From Octopus sinensis (taxonomy: Eukaryota): a stretch of 64,000 bases of DNA. Position 1 is the stretch's first letter; each line of letters begins with the position of its first letter. Positions 52,823 through 64,000 of the stretch are shown piece after piece. The stretch is from contig NC_042998.1 of the NCBI RefSeq assembly GCF_006345805.1, positions 135,222,001 through 135,286,000 on the forward strand, written 5' to 3'. The translations under genes and the position numbers were made by a program. Below the pieces are notes generated by a model. It made no database searches. It saw nothing but the letters and a program-made list of their open reading frames with translations, and was not told the DNA's origin.

Positions 52823-53692
52823 AATGTTTAAGCTAAATTTGACAGTCTGGATTAAAGGAAAAACAATATCTCATTCAAACAAAATTGTATTTAAAAAGAA
52901 ATTAAAAATGTCAACGAGACTAAGGCTGAGAGATAGCTTACTCAAAGTAACCACTCTCAGCTTCCAACACGGCCACTAAACGGCTCCATAAATGTTCCTC
53001 GCTGTGTCCCTAGAAAGATGTTCAAACACCTCCTTGTACTTGGCCACCAGCTCGGCCTTGGTGTTGCAGGCAGAGCGGTTGATGTCTTTCTCAACCGCAT
53101 CCCACACATAGACACTCATGGGGATACAATCGTAGGAATTAGGAGACCAGTAATTGAAGCTGGTGAAGTCGTACATATTCTACGACAACCACGCCTGACT
53201 CTTTCCGGAGGTATGGCAAAGAGCCGAATCCTACTGCCACACACATGGTTTTCCAGCAGCAACCCTTTCCTACCAGGAATCGACCACACTTTCCAGCAGC
53301 TTTACAAAGCCCTCTGAATCGAGCTTAAGTCCCTGTTCAAAAATGTGGGAACGAATTTCGGCATGTGAACGCAGAACACCCGCTGTGTTCCTTCCTGCTG
53401 GCCATGGCTTCGTAATCTTCATTGAGCCTGTCCTTGTTACGTCTTACAGCCTTTACAGTTTTCACAGAGCATTGAGCAGCAGTCATTATGTCGGCATTTT
53501 GACTCCCGGCGCGAATCGTCATGATACAGGTAACTCTTTCCCAATGGTTTCCAGTCCTCCATATCAGCTAACTTTTTCTCAATCGCAATTTTAATCTTCA
53601 TACACTCCAACACCGTTGACTGTTCACCAATACTTCAAGCTGTTCCTAAAAAAAGAAGACATTAAATATTGTCAAATTTAGCCCGAACACCC
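52823..53692 (-). mobile_element. Internally deleted maT (DD37D) transposon with both TIRs
   Basis: TIRs TGTTTAAGCTAAATTTGACA / TGTCAAATTTAGCCCGAACACCC|TA; VWQ*DSALCHT...WSPNSYDCIPM..YVWDAVEK. Confidence 0.85.
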
Positions 53693-53859
53693 TACATATT
53701 CCATTAAGGCTTTCTTTCCTAGATTGCAAATCGCTCCAAAATTATTATCAGCACCACGAAGAAAGTAAAAGACATTTTCTACAAGTGGCAACAGCCAAAT
53801 AACACCCAAAGCTTTGAAGTTTTTTGGTCCTAAGTTTTAAAATATTTAAGAATAACGAT

Positions 53860-54910
53860 GGAGGCCCAAATTACGGCGACGAGGCAATGGGATCCAGGTG
53901 ACTGCGATGGCACTGAAAAGACTTCAAGTCAAGTGAAGCATCCATTTGTCACTGTTCCTTTTGACGTTTGAATAGGTGGTATATCGTGAATGAAGCTAGA
54001 ATAGCGAAATCATATAGAAGAATAGCTTTAAGGAATGAAGGTGACTGTGCGATGTGACTGTGTGAAGTGGAAGACCCATTTGTCATGGTTTCTTTTGACA
54101 TTGGAGTAGGCCATATGCCCAAGGAGAATTGAAAGATTCTGTTTCGGATCGGGACCAGAGTGACACTACGACTATAGATTTAGGTTTGCGCGTGTCTCAT
54201 CCTCGTTTTCTGCTGCACGTTGTGCGTTTGCTTGGTGTTCGCTTTTTGACGGTCTTTTTTTAGGAGACTTTTTTTTCATTAGAAATATCAGTAATAGTGA
54301 AATGAAATTACAAATGTGTCCTGTCAATGTTAGTGCTGCAATTCCGACGCTATATTACAGGAATGGAAGGCAAGGCAACAATAAGTAATAGTCCAATGAA
54401 ATTACAAATGCTGTCTCCTGTCAGTCATATTTAGGTTTACTTGTCCTGTATCTGTGTATAATATAAGAGAAGTAGAAAATAGATGGATTTCATATACGTA
54501 CTTCTGTTTGTTCTTCAAGTTGCAATCCAGCAACTTTTAGTGTTTGGCCCTGACTTTTATTAATGCTCATGACAAAGGAAAGTGGGATAGGAAACTGTAT
54601 GGGCTTAAATTTGAATGGGACATTAGATGGTATAACTGGTATTCGAGGAACGAACACGGTGTCACTTTTGCCACAACCAGTGAGAATATTTGCCTCAGTG
54701 CAGTTCGTCATAGGTTTGTGCACAATTAGTGTTACCTCCCTTGAAAATTTACTTTCACTTTATGGGACGTTTACCCCAACCAGTGACAGAATTTTGTCTC
54801 GATGCAGTTCGTCATAGGTTTGTGCACAATTAGTGTTGCTTCCCCTAAACCATTTACTTTCACTTTATGGAACAAACAAACACACAAACGGACAGAATAT
54901 CTCTTATATA
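53860..54910 (-). mobile_element. Helitron-derived region including a PIF1-type helicase C-terminal fragment (54490-54723)
   Basis: EANILTGCGKSDTVFVPRIP...FKFKPIQFPIPLSFVMSINKSQGQTLKVAGL. Boundaries approximate. Confidence 0.8.
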
Positions 54911-55350
54911 TATATATATATATATAACTAGTCCAGATCGTATATTGTAATAGACACTATATTCCACTTCTGCAGCTTTTTCTCCTTGCGAAAATTTTGA
55001 AACAAAGTCATTCTTGTTAAGATGTCAAAATTTAGCTTGCCTGGAAGTGGGTATCACATAGCATCCCTTACCACGTAGGGTCTTAGCAGCAGTGTTGATA
55101 ACTACATTGGACAAATCAATGCACTGTATTTTATTTATTAACAGCAAGCACCACAACATACATAGATCAGAATTGGGTCCTTAGACATGAAGCTCCCTCC
55201 TGGGAAATTGCCTAAAGTGCCCATTCTTTAAGACGGCATTGCTCCCAAGGTGAACGTATGCTTAAAGTTAAACAGCAACAACAACGACAACGACAACAAC
55301 AACAGCAACAACGACGACGACGACGACGACAACAACAACAACAACAACAA

Positions 55351-55412
<62 letters not shown>

Positions 55413-56545
55413 TTAGTTTCAGTTAGGATGGTTCTATTGTAATTCCTGTTGTCATCAGATCCTGCTATTGCTGTCAATGTGACGTTAAGGTCACCAGTCC
55501 TGATGTTATAATTTCCACTCCTTACTTGTGTCCACTGTTGTCAATCCAGTGACCACTTGAGTTTCTTATTGTTTGTTTATTCATTATTTTTAGGAGTGAA
55601 GTAGCAGGTGTCGTAGATGAGACGTAAGATTAACGCCACATGACATATTACGCCGACAGTGCGATCAGGTTTCGACCTCTCGCTTTGTTTCTGTGTGTCT
55701 CTCTCTTGTTTTGCTTTTGTGTGTGTGTCTCTCTCTCTTTCGAATTTCCTTTTACTGCGGAAATCAGATATATCCACTGAAAAAATCCTTACCCTTAACA
55801 GCGGAAAACAGTTTTATATACCAATCTCTCTTTTGTTGAGGAATGTAATGTTTGAAACAATTTTTTTTTGAGATATGTCAAGTTTACTGAGGCAGCGTGG
55901 CTTGAAGAAAATACCAATTCTATTTTTTGGCAGATATCTTACATCATTACTGGAATAACTATAGAATATAATTTCGCTGTTTAAGGGTTAATAAAAGGCT
56001 TGAAACTGACATTTCATTAATACCACTAATTCCCTCCAGAAAGGTCCTATAAATCAGATAAACACGAGCCAATGATTGAGAGTCCACGTGGTCGCTCGAC
56101 CTGCTAGAAATAGCGGATATATTGAAGAAGAATTAATAAAAATAAGACTCATTTAAAGTATGTAGTAGACATCCCATAAATTAAGGATGTTGGAACTACT
56201 ACAGTGAGAAAATATGTCACTAGCGCATGTAGGAATTTTATGTAACAGGAGATATCGCATTTCAACTTGTAGCAGAGTCTAAAATTGATATTACATGTGG
56301 AAATATGATGTAATGAGAATGAAATTTTCAAGTACAATTCCTATGATTACAAACATGCAGTTACTAAAAATGAAAAGCCCCGCATTTGGAAAGATATGAA
56401 AAATAGTGTAGCAGAAGAAATTCATATTCAATCGGTTTGTAGCTTTAAAAGGAAAAGTATTGAATATGTGAAACAAATTGACGACAAATGTTCTAACACT
56501 GAAAATATTTGTGTGTACATTACAAAGCAAGGGGAAAACTTCCCG

Positions 56546-56710
56546 GCTTAGCGGCGTCTTTACGTTTTGAGTTCAAATTCTGCCGAGGTCGATTTTGCCT
56601 TTCATCCTTTCAGGGTCGATAAAATAAGTACCAGTTAGGTACTAGATTTGATGTAATCGACAAATCCTCTCCCCTCCAAATTTCAGACCATCTGCCTATA
56701 GTAGAAACAA
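56546..56710 (+). mobile_element. SINE family B, 5'-truncated
   Basis: Core homology. Confidence 0.8.
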
Positions 56711-57940
56711 TTACGTATTTTTGAAGAGGAAACTTTGAAATATTTTCATGTGAAATGTTAATGGATCTCGTTCGATAGATGGAACTAGTTATTCCTTGAA
56801 TTATTGTGTTAGCGGCTGAGTATTCCACAAATATTTGTACTCTTAAATGTACTCCTTAAGCAAAATCGGTGTTTGAATTACTCGTACAGATCATCCGACT
56901 ACTTTCTACAAAATTTCCGTTGGCCCGAATGCATTAAAAAGAATAGGATCAACTTCAAGCAATGGAAGAAGGCACCTGTTCAAGATGCTGCGTAATGGAA
57001 TCAAAACCAGGTCCTCATGACTATCAAGCAAACTTCTTACACTATATTAATTGATTTTCTATAGAATTAGATTCTGTATTAAAATTGATTAAACTAAGCG
57101 ATTGTGTGCTGCGCAAGATCTGTTTGAAAGTTACAAAAACATCTTCAACTATAAGATGGTGAATTGATATAATCGTTAGAGTACTGGATACAATGTCTCC
57201 AGGTATCTCTTTCAGCTCCCGCTGAGGTCAGCTTTGTCTTTCATCCTTTCGGGATCTATAAAAAATTTACACTTCAGGGTAGTGGAAGGATGGAATTGTT
57301 AGAGTATTGGATAGAGGTGTCTTGCGGAGTCTGTTCAGGCCCTTTGCGCTCTGAGTTAACGTCTGCAATTACACTGGAGCCAGGCTGTATCGGGTACCAA
57401 GTTGGTCTTTTCCTTGGACAATTTTAGTGGTGGGAAAGTTTGCATACATAGTTAACTACCAGCCTTCCACACACACACAAAAAAAACCTTGCCCAAACCT
57501 GTGAATACAGAAACCCTAACAAGTGGAGTCCCTTATGTAGATTTGGAAAGATTGACGAAAAACGTTCTAACACTGAAAAATATTTGTATGTACTTTACAA
57601 AGCAAGGGGAAAACTTCCCAGCTTAGCGGCGTCTTTACGTTTTGAGATCAAACTTACTAAGTAAAATACATCCGTATATATTTACTTAGGAAAATGGATA
57701 ATAATAATAAGATGCAGCTTATACCATTTATTTCCTAAATACATTCCATCATTGTGGTTATATGTATTCTATGTAGTGAGTGTTCAAAGAGCAGTTGGAT
57801 GTTGATCTGCAACAGTTCAACAGGTCTTCAGGATAACACCTTATTACATTCCATTTATACAGATCAAATAGTATTTATACAGATCAGTAGTAACCACACT
57901 AGGAAGTAAGCAGGACGTCGATACTCTACGTAATACTCTA

Positions 57941-58325
57941 GTGGAGGCGCAATGGCCCAGTGGTTAGGGAAGCGAACTCGCGGTCATAGGATCGCGGTTT
58001 CGATTCCCAGACCGGGCGTTGTGAGTGTTTATTGAGCGAAAACACCTAAAGCTCCACGAGGCTCCGGCAGGGGATGGTGGTGATTCCTGCTGTACTCTTT
58101 CACCACAACTTTCTCTCACTCTTACTTCCTGTTTCTGTTGTACCTGTATTTCAAAGGGCCGGCCTTGTCACTCTCTGTGTCACGCTGAATATCCCCGAGA
58201 ACTACGTTAAGGGTACACGTGTCTGTGGAGTGCTCAGCCACTTACACGTTAATTTCACGAGCAGGCTGTTCTGTTGATTCGGATCAACCGGAACCCTCGT
58301 CGTCGTAACCGACGGAGTGCTTCCA
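57941..58325 (+). mobile_element. SINE family C, full length
   Basis: tRNA-like head with A/B boxes; apparent TSD ACGTAATACTCTA at 57928-57940 and about 58331-58343. Confidence 0.9.
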
Positions 58326-59024
58326 CTCCCACGTAATACTCTAAATTCACCAGTTAAAGTCGTACATCTAAATATACAGATAGAAAACATTATATATCTA
58401 TTTAGTAAAATTCAGAATAAATTACTCATTGTTTGTTCATCTGTATGAACAAACAAAAGTTAAGTGAGCGTCGACATTTTTAAAAAAGGGAGCATCAAAA
58501 GTTAGATAAAAAAAAAAAGGGATAAATTTATGCAGTGAGGGTAAAACATTCGAAACTGGTGATTACTTTGATTTTTTCGGGAAAGACGAAAGTCAACCCC
58601 GGGCATACACCAGACTTATTAGACCTCCTCAGCGAATCATTGGCCTTACCGTACGAACCAATGTACTGATGGAAAAACCACTGACGGGAGAACCACCACT
58701 TTAGTCCACAAGAATATACACTGATTGATGTATGCGTTCTCAATGCATGGCCAAATCCTTCTGGGAGAAAATTTGGTTGAGAGAAACTGTACGGAAGCAT
58801 GTCGGAGGAACAGTATTTTTCTCGAGTAGTAGACTTGGTCCGTCACCTGGCGTCAAAAGCACACTACTCGGCTTTTAGGCGACTTCAGTGGAGTACACAG
58901 TTTTATAACATTTGGACCAGGTTCTTTTGTCATCGGGTAACTCCTTATCTTCATCTCGTCATCTCAGAAGCACGGAAAATGGTCATGGACGCTGTTTTCA
59001 CCGTCTGACTAAGCCATAAGAAGA

Positions 59025-59112
59025 GGGAGAGAGAGAGGGAGAGAGAGGCTGGGGAGAGGGACAGAAAGGGAGAGAGTAGGGGAGAGAGAAAAGAGAAGCA
59101 GAGAGACTGAGA

Positions 59113-59206
<94 letters not shown>

Positions 59207-59325
59207 GGGGAGAAAGAGAGAGAGGGGGTGAGAGAGAGAAAGAGAGAGAGAGGGAGAGGGAGGGAGAGAGAGAGAGAGAGAGAGAGAGGGAGTGAGAAAG
59301 AGAAAGAGGGAAGGAGAGAGAGAAA
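59025..59325. repeat. (GA)n/(TA)n microsatellite
   Basis: Seen directly. Confidence 0.95.
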
Positions 59326-60267
59326 GCAGCAGTCAGTTTTGAACTCAGGAAAGTATTATGCTGAAATAAAGCAGTGAAACCAATTCTTGAATTCCATCTG
59401 TTTCAAGAATACACCAATATCGAAACGTAATATGATCTCTGATTATCTGGAATCTATGGTAATTGTAGAAGATCAGATTGGATTTCACCCTCAAAATAGC
59501 ACCCTACTTTTGTTAGCTTTGATAAATAACGGGTAAGAAAACTTTCGGGTGTGGTGTTACCTTGGTGTTATGATGGTAGTGGCGATGATGATGATGATGG
59601 TGGTGGTGGTAATGATGATGATGATTGTGATGATGGTGTTACTGTGGGGTGGCAGTAATGGTAGTGGCGGTGCTAGTGGTATTAATGTTGGCGATATTAA
59701 TAGTAATGATAGTGGTGGTAGAAGTATCGATAGTATTAGTGGTAGTTGTGGCATTGACAGCATTAGATCCGATGGGAACGATGATGATGATGACGATGAC
59801 GACGATGATGATAATGATGATGGTGGTGACAGTAAAGGTTGTGGTAGTTGTAATAGTGATAGTACTGGTGATATTGATGGCAGTGTTAGTGGTGGTCGCA
59901 AAAACAGTAACACACCTCATTTATTCAATATTTTCTCAAAGGCAACAAAGAAATATCTTCATAAATGCTCTCCTCATCACATTGATCTGTGTTTTTTAAA
60001 CACCAAAGTCTTACAGTTCATGTTCACTCCTTAGCTATCAAAACACTTATCATAAATCTAGAAGTTACGATCGCCAAGTTATCTCTATACTTTCGTCTTT
60101 CTTGGTCAGTTAACATTTGTAAATATCCACAACACTAACTTAAAAGCATTTTTTTCAATCATAAATCGTTAGTTTTAGAAAAAAAAATCATCACTAGAGT
60201 GCAAAGCTGTAATAATTTCGAAAGGTCACATCTGAGTTGTTAACTGAATAGATCACAAGGTCAACTT

Positions 60268-60520
60268 GTACATAAGCTGTGTAAATCACATTGCTATCGT
60301 TATACAATAGTTGCGTAAACAGCAGTTATTGTACATTAGCTGCATATATCAAATCGCTATTATTGTACCATAACTGTAGATATATCGCTACCATTGGACA
60401 TTAGCTGGGTAAAACAAATAACTATCATTGTACAATAGCTGTGTAAATAACACAGTTATTGTTGTACTCTAGCTATGTAAATAATATCATGGTTAACATT
60501 GTAGAACAACACAGTAAAAT
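60268..60520. repeat. Degenerate minisatellite, 30-37 bp units, about 8 copies
   Basis: Recurring TGTACA.TAGCTG.GTAAA...CTAT.AT. Confidence 0.75.
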
Positions 60521-60943
60521 ATAATTACACCTCTGCATGTCAGTTTTGTGAAACACACTCCATTCTACCGCAGCTGTTAAAAAAAAAACGACAACCTCTT
60601 TACAAGACAAACATTAAACGTATTAAGAAAACATTATCGCACCCCACCAGTATTGAACAAAATCACCACGCAAGTATAATCCTCAAGACTGAATCCCCTA
60701 AAGAAGACACATCTTTGATATAGCGAATATTTCCATATTAAGATTGGTATTTCTTTTCGGAGCCAGAACACACCTCAGTTCCCCAACAACTTCTCACCCT
60801 CAACAGAGTTCAAGTGAGGCTCAAAATTCAGTAGTGCTCTTATATATTAGCCTGCATACAACGAAATGTCACCCGACTGATTAGCACCGGTTGTCAAGCA
60901 ATGGAGAGGGGATACATACATACATGCATGCATGTATATATAA

Positions 60944-61012
<69 letters not shown>

Positions 61013-61089
61013 TGCAGCGTGGAAAGTGTTTATAAGCCATTTAAGAAATACACAAAAGCCGTTAGATTCACTTCAACATTTAAATTTAA

Positions 61090-61140
61090 TTTGTCAAAAT
61101 ATTTTCGTCGCTTTGAGACCGCGACCTGTTCACTGACAAA
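61090..61140 (-). ncRNA. Type I hammerhead-like ribozyme with G3:C8 core variant
   Basis: TTTGTCA-GTGAACA-G-GTCGC(GGTCTCAAA)GCGAC-GAAA-ATAT-TT-TGACAAA. Confidence 0.7.
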
Positions 61141-61211
61141 ATTCCGTGCAGCACGGAATTTTGTCAGTGAACAGGTCGCTGTAATATATATATATATATA
61201 TAATATATATA

Positions 61212-61270
<59 letters not shown>

Positions 61271-61271
<1 letters not shown>

Positions 61272-61653
61272 ATGATAAATATCAAAGTGAGTTATATACA
61301 GTAGCGGTAACACATCGTGACGTATATTTGCCATCTCAATATGGCTACCCCTAAGGGTGGATGCTACTGTAGTTTTTAGCCCCAGGAGGACACACTCCTC
61401 CAGCTGGCCATAGACACACTTTCTGTGTCCTGTCAGTATTTGCAAAGGGAAGTCATCCTTCCCGTCTTCAACTTATGATACACACGGACTCGAGTTTCGA
61501 GGTATTGACCTCTCGTCAGCGTGTGACAATCATAGTTGTCGGCGAGAATTAGATTTCCTTCACCCACCCTTAGGGGTAGCCATATTGAGATGGCAAATAT
61601 ACGTCACGATGTGTTACCGCTACTGTATATAACTCACTTTGATATTTATCATT
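61271..61653. mobile_element. 383-bp element with perfect 90-bp inverted ends enclosing a hammerhead ribozyme
   Basis: 61271-61360 is the reverse complement of 61564-61653; left flank is (TA)n. Confidence 0.8.
61469..61538 (-). ncRNA. Canonical type I hammerhead ribozyme with extended stem I
   Basis: CAACTATGAT-TGT-CACACG-CTGACGA-GAGGT(CAAT)ACCTC-GAAA-CTCGAG-TC^CGTGTG-T-ATCATAAGTTG; all core positions intact, GUC cleavage triplet. Confidence 0.92.
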
Positions 61654-61957
61654 GTTTGATTTCACTTTTTCAATATCAGCGACAGTGGACGCTGGAAAAA
61701 GTATAAGTATTTGTACTGTAGTAAAATTAATGGGACGGGACGATGAGGGTGGTCCGTCCTGGTCGGTGCTTTTAATGGGGACTGTTATTTTCGGTCTGCT
61801 GTATAAGCCTGTTTAGGAGGTGAGTCGGCATACTGAAGTTCTGCACTGGGCAGTACAGACTCTGGCTACTCCACTGATTTTGAAATATATAACACACAGC
61901 GACAAAGTCTCAGTGCCTTTTTCTTGATAAATAAATCTGGATTTAATATTTTCACCT

Positions 61958-62173
61958 GAGCGGTGAGCTGGCAGAATCATTAACATACCAGACAAAATGC
62001 TTAGCGACATTTCGTCCGTCCTTGTGTTCTGAGTTCAAATTCCGCCGAGGTCGACTTTGCCTTTTATCCTTACCAGGTCGATAAAATAAATACCAGTTGA
62101 TTATTGGGGGTCGATGTAATCGGCTTACCCCTCCCTCGAAATTGCTGGCCCTGTGCCAAAATTTGAAACCAAT
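61958..62173 (+). mobile_element. SINE family B
   Basis: Head, core and tail homology. Confidence 0.88.
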
Positions 62174-62501
62174 ATTTTTCACCAGAGTTATTTCGTTTGG
62201 TCGTGAAATATCAAACGCCCTTTGACATTATTTACTTATGTCAATTTTAATTGTAAAATAATATTCTTGCAACGACAATTTAAATAAATTTTCTACTCAT
62301 CATAATTATAGTGTTACTATAAGGGTGATTTAAATTAATTAATTAATGCAGTAATTAGTATTTAATAAAATTGAAAAAATAAATCTAGAAATTATCGTCA
62401 CTTAACATTAAAATATTAGAGAGCAATGCTCTTGCCTAGACAGAAATTAAGCATATGTTCATGGAGAAACTTGTCATACTCTATGAAGCATATGAAGCAT
62501 A

Positions 62502-62859
62502 CGTGGAGGCGCAATGGCCCAGTGGTTAGGGCAGCGGACTTGCGGTCGTAGGATTGCACTTTCGATTCCAGACAGAGCGTTGTGAGTGTTTATTGAGCGA
62601 AAACACCCAAAAGCTCCACGAAGCTCCACTAGGGGGTGGTGGCGAACCCTGCTGTACTCTTTCACCACAACTTTCTCCCTGTTTCTATTGTACCTTATTT
62701 CAAAGAGCCAGCCTTGTCACACTCTGTATCACACTGAATCTCACCGAGAACTACGTTAAGGGTATATGTGTCTGTGGAGTACTCAGTCACCTGCACGAGC
62801 AGGCTGTTCCGTTGATTGGATCAACTGGAACCCTCGTCGTCGTAACCGACGGAGTGCCA
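62502..62859 (+). mobile_element. SINE family C
   Basis: Homologous to 57941-58325; flanked by ATGAAGCATA repeats (TSD-like). Confidence 0.9.
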
Positions 62860-64000
62860 TGATGAAGCATATGTTTATAGAGAAAATTGTGGCATTTGCC
62901 ACTCGCTCTGAAGCAAAAATGATACCCATTTTGCCAATTTTCCAGTAAAGCACTAAAAGTTATAACATGGATCAAAGGTGACCCAAGGATCATCTGCTGA
63001 GAGCTCCCGAAGTCATAAAATAGAAAGGTTTTTTGTTTCCATACAACTTTTCTCATCCTGACACACGTTCCTGAGTCAATACTTCAACAGTCATATTTGG
63101 GTAATACTCCCGTATCTGTCATATTTATTTATCAAGATCAACAGTGAGAGCCTCTATATCGTCGTTCGATCTGTTAGAAATAGAAACCAAGTTTTCTTCA
63201 TATCATACCCACCATCACACACACACACACACACACACGAGAATCAAACAGATAATTCCTAGATGAGATGGTCACAGTTGGAATGTTTTTGATCATTTGT
63301 CTGCTCAAACCCAGTTAACATGGGGGTAAACAACACATTTGTTGCGCTACAGTACGAGAACGCTACGTCGTAAGTTCGTATCTGTTAACGACACAGCACC
63401 GTGTCTGTAATAAAAAACTAAAAAAATGGTCCAGATCGCATAACTGTAAATAGGCACCATATGACAGCAACATCACGACACACGAAATTGTGGCAGTTTT
63501 ATAATATTTATATGTTGTCTCTTAGTTTGAGGTACTTTCAACCTTCAAGCAAATTTAAATCCAAGAGAGAAAGAGTCTACCGGGATAGTTTAACTAAGCG
63601 ACACCACCTGAAGATGAAACCTTCATTGGTGTTCCAATTACAATAGAAGTTTTAGTTATACGCAACACATTATTCATTGTGTAAGCTACAACCAAAATAA
63701 GCTTCAAATCGAGTTTAGTGTATTTCAGTTTTATCGACAAGATGTCTGACAAACCGGTGCTTTAGAACAAAGTTGCTTGTAATATTTGTTTGGTATTGAG
63801 TAAGACACTACTGTCGTCAGAAGTAAAATGACTCAATGATTGACTCACTGGAAGCCTCTAAGCAACAACGTTATTGTTCGGAATATACGACTTAAAATAG
63901 AAAAAAAAGGGTAATTCCTTATGAGAGAGGAAGATGTCCTCTTATTGGTGGATGAGAATATCCTGTGCATATTTAGTTTAATGCAGAGTAGGATCTTGCC

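Noticed and set aside
56101-56116. GCTAGAAATAGC resembling the SpCas9 sgRNA scaffold tetraloop
   Set aside because: A 12-nt hairpin coincidence within an abundant eukaryotic repeat; no other scaffold sequence or cas gene is present.
57941-58015. tRNA-like heads here and at 29337, 62502 and 9748
   Set aside because: They continue into shared SINE bodies and do not form clean cloverleaves, so they are not tRNA genes.
60268-60520. CRISPR-like periodicity
   Set aside because: Repeats are degenerate, the 'spacers' are short and related to one another, the context is eukaryotic and no cas genes are present.

Overview
AT-rich, repeat-saturated animal DNA with no recognisable host protein-coding gene. 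Nearly all ORFs in the six-frame track are translations of microsatellites. The SINE families and microsatellite load suggest an octopus (cephalopod) genome; this is inferred by pattern recognition, not a database search. The window is a mosaic of at least four tRNA-headed SINE families, LINE remnants (RTE, CR1, L1/Tx1, R4/Dong, Penelope GIY-YIG), DNA transposon remnants and MITEs (maT DD37D, Tigger/pogo, hAT, mariner, Tc1, Helitron) and very many microsatellites. The main signal is a set of unrelated small non-coding elements beside (TA)n tracts that carry hammerhead ribozyme (HHR) folds. These include one fully canonical extended type I HHR (61469-61538), one HHR with a swapped G3:C8 core pair (61090-61140), a family with a CUGUAGA core (23982, 46082) and a candidate circularly permuted (type II-like) HHR with a covarying stem I (33493, 45627). 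Also notable: a 28S rRNA fragment inside a SINE, several near-perfect foldback inversions anchored on (TA)n, and a non-coding retroposon inserted three times into (TAA)n. Boundaries of decayed elements are approximate.
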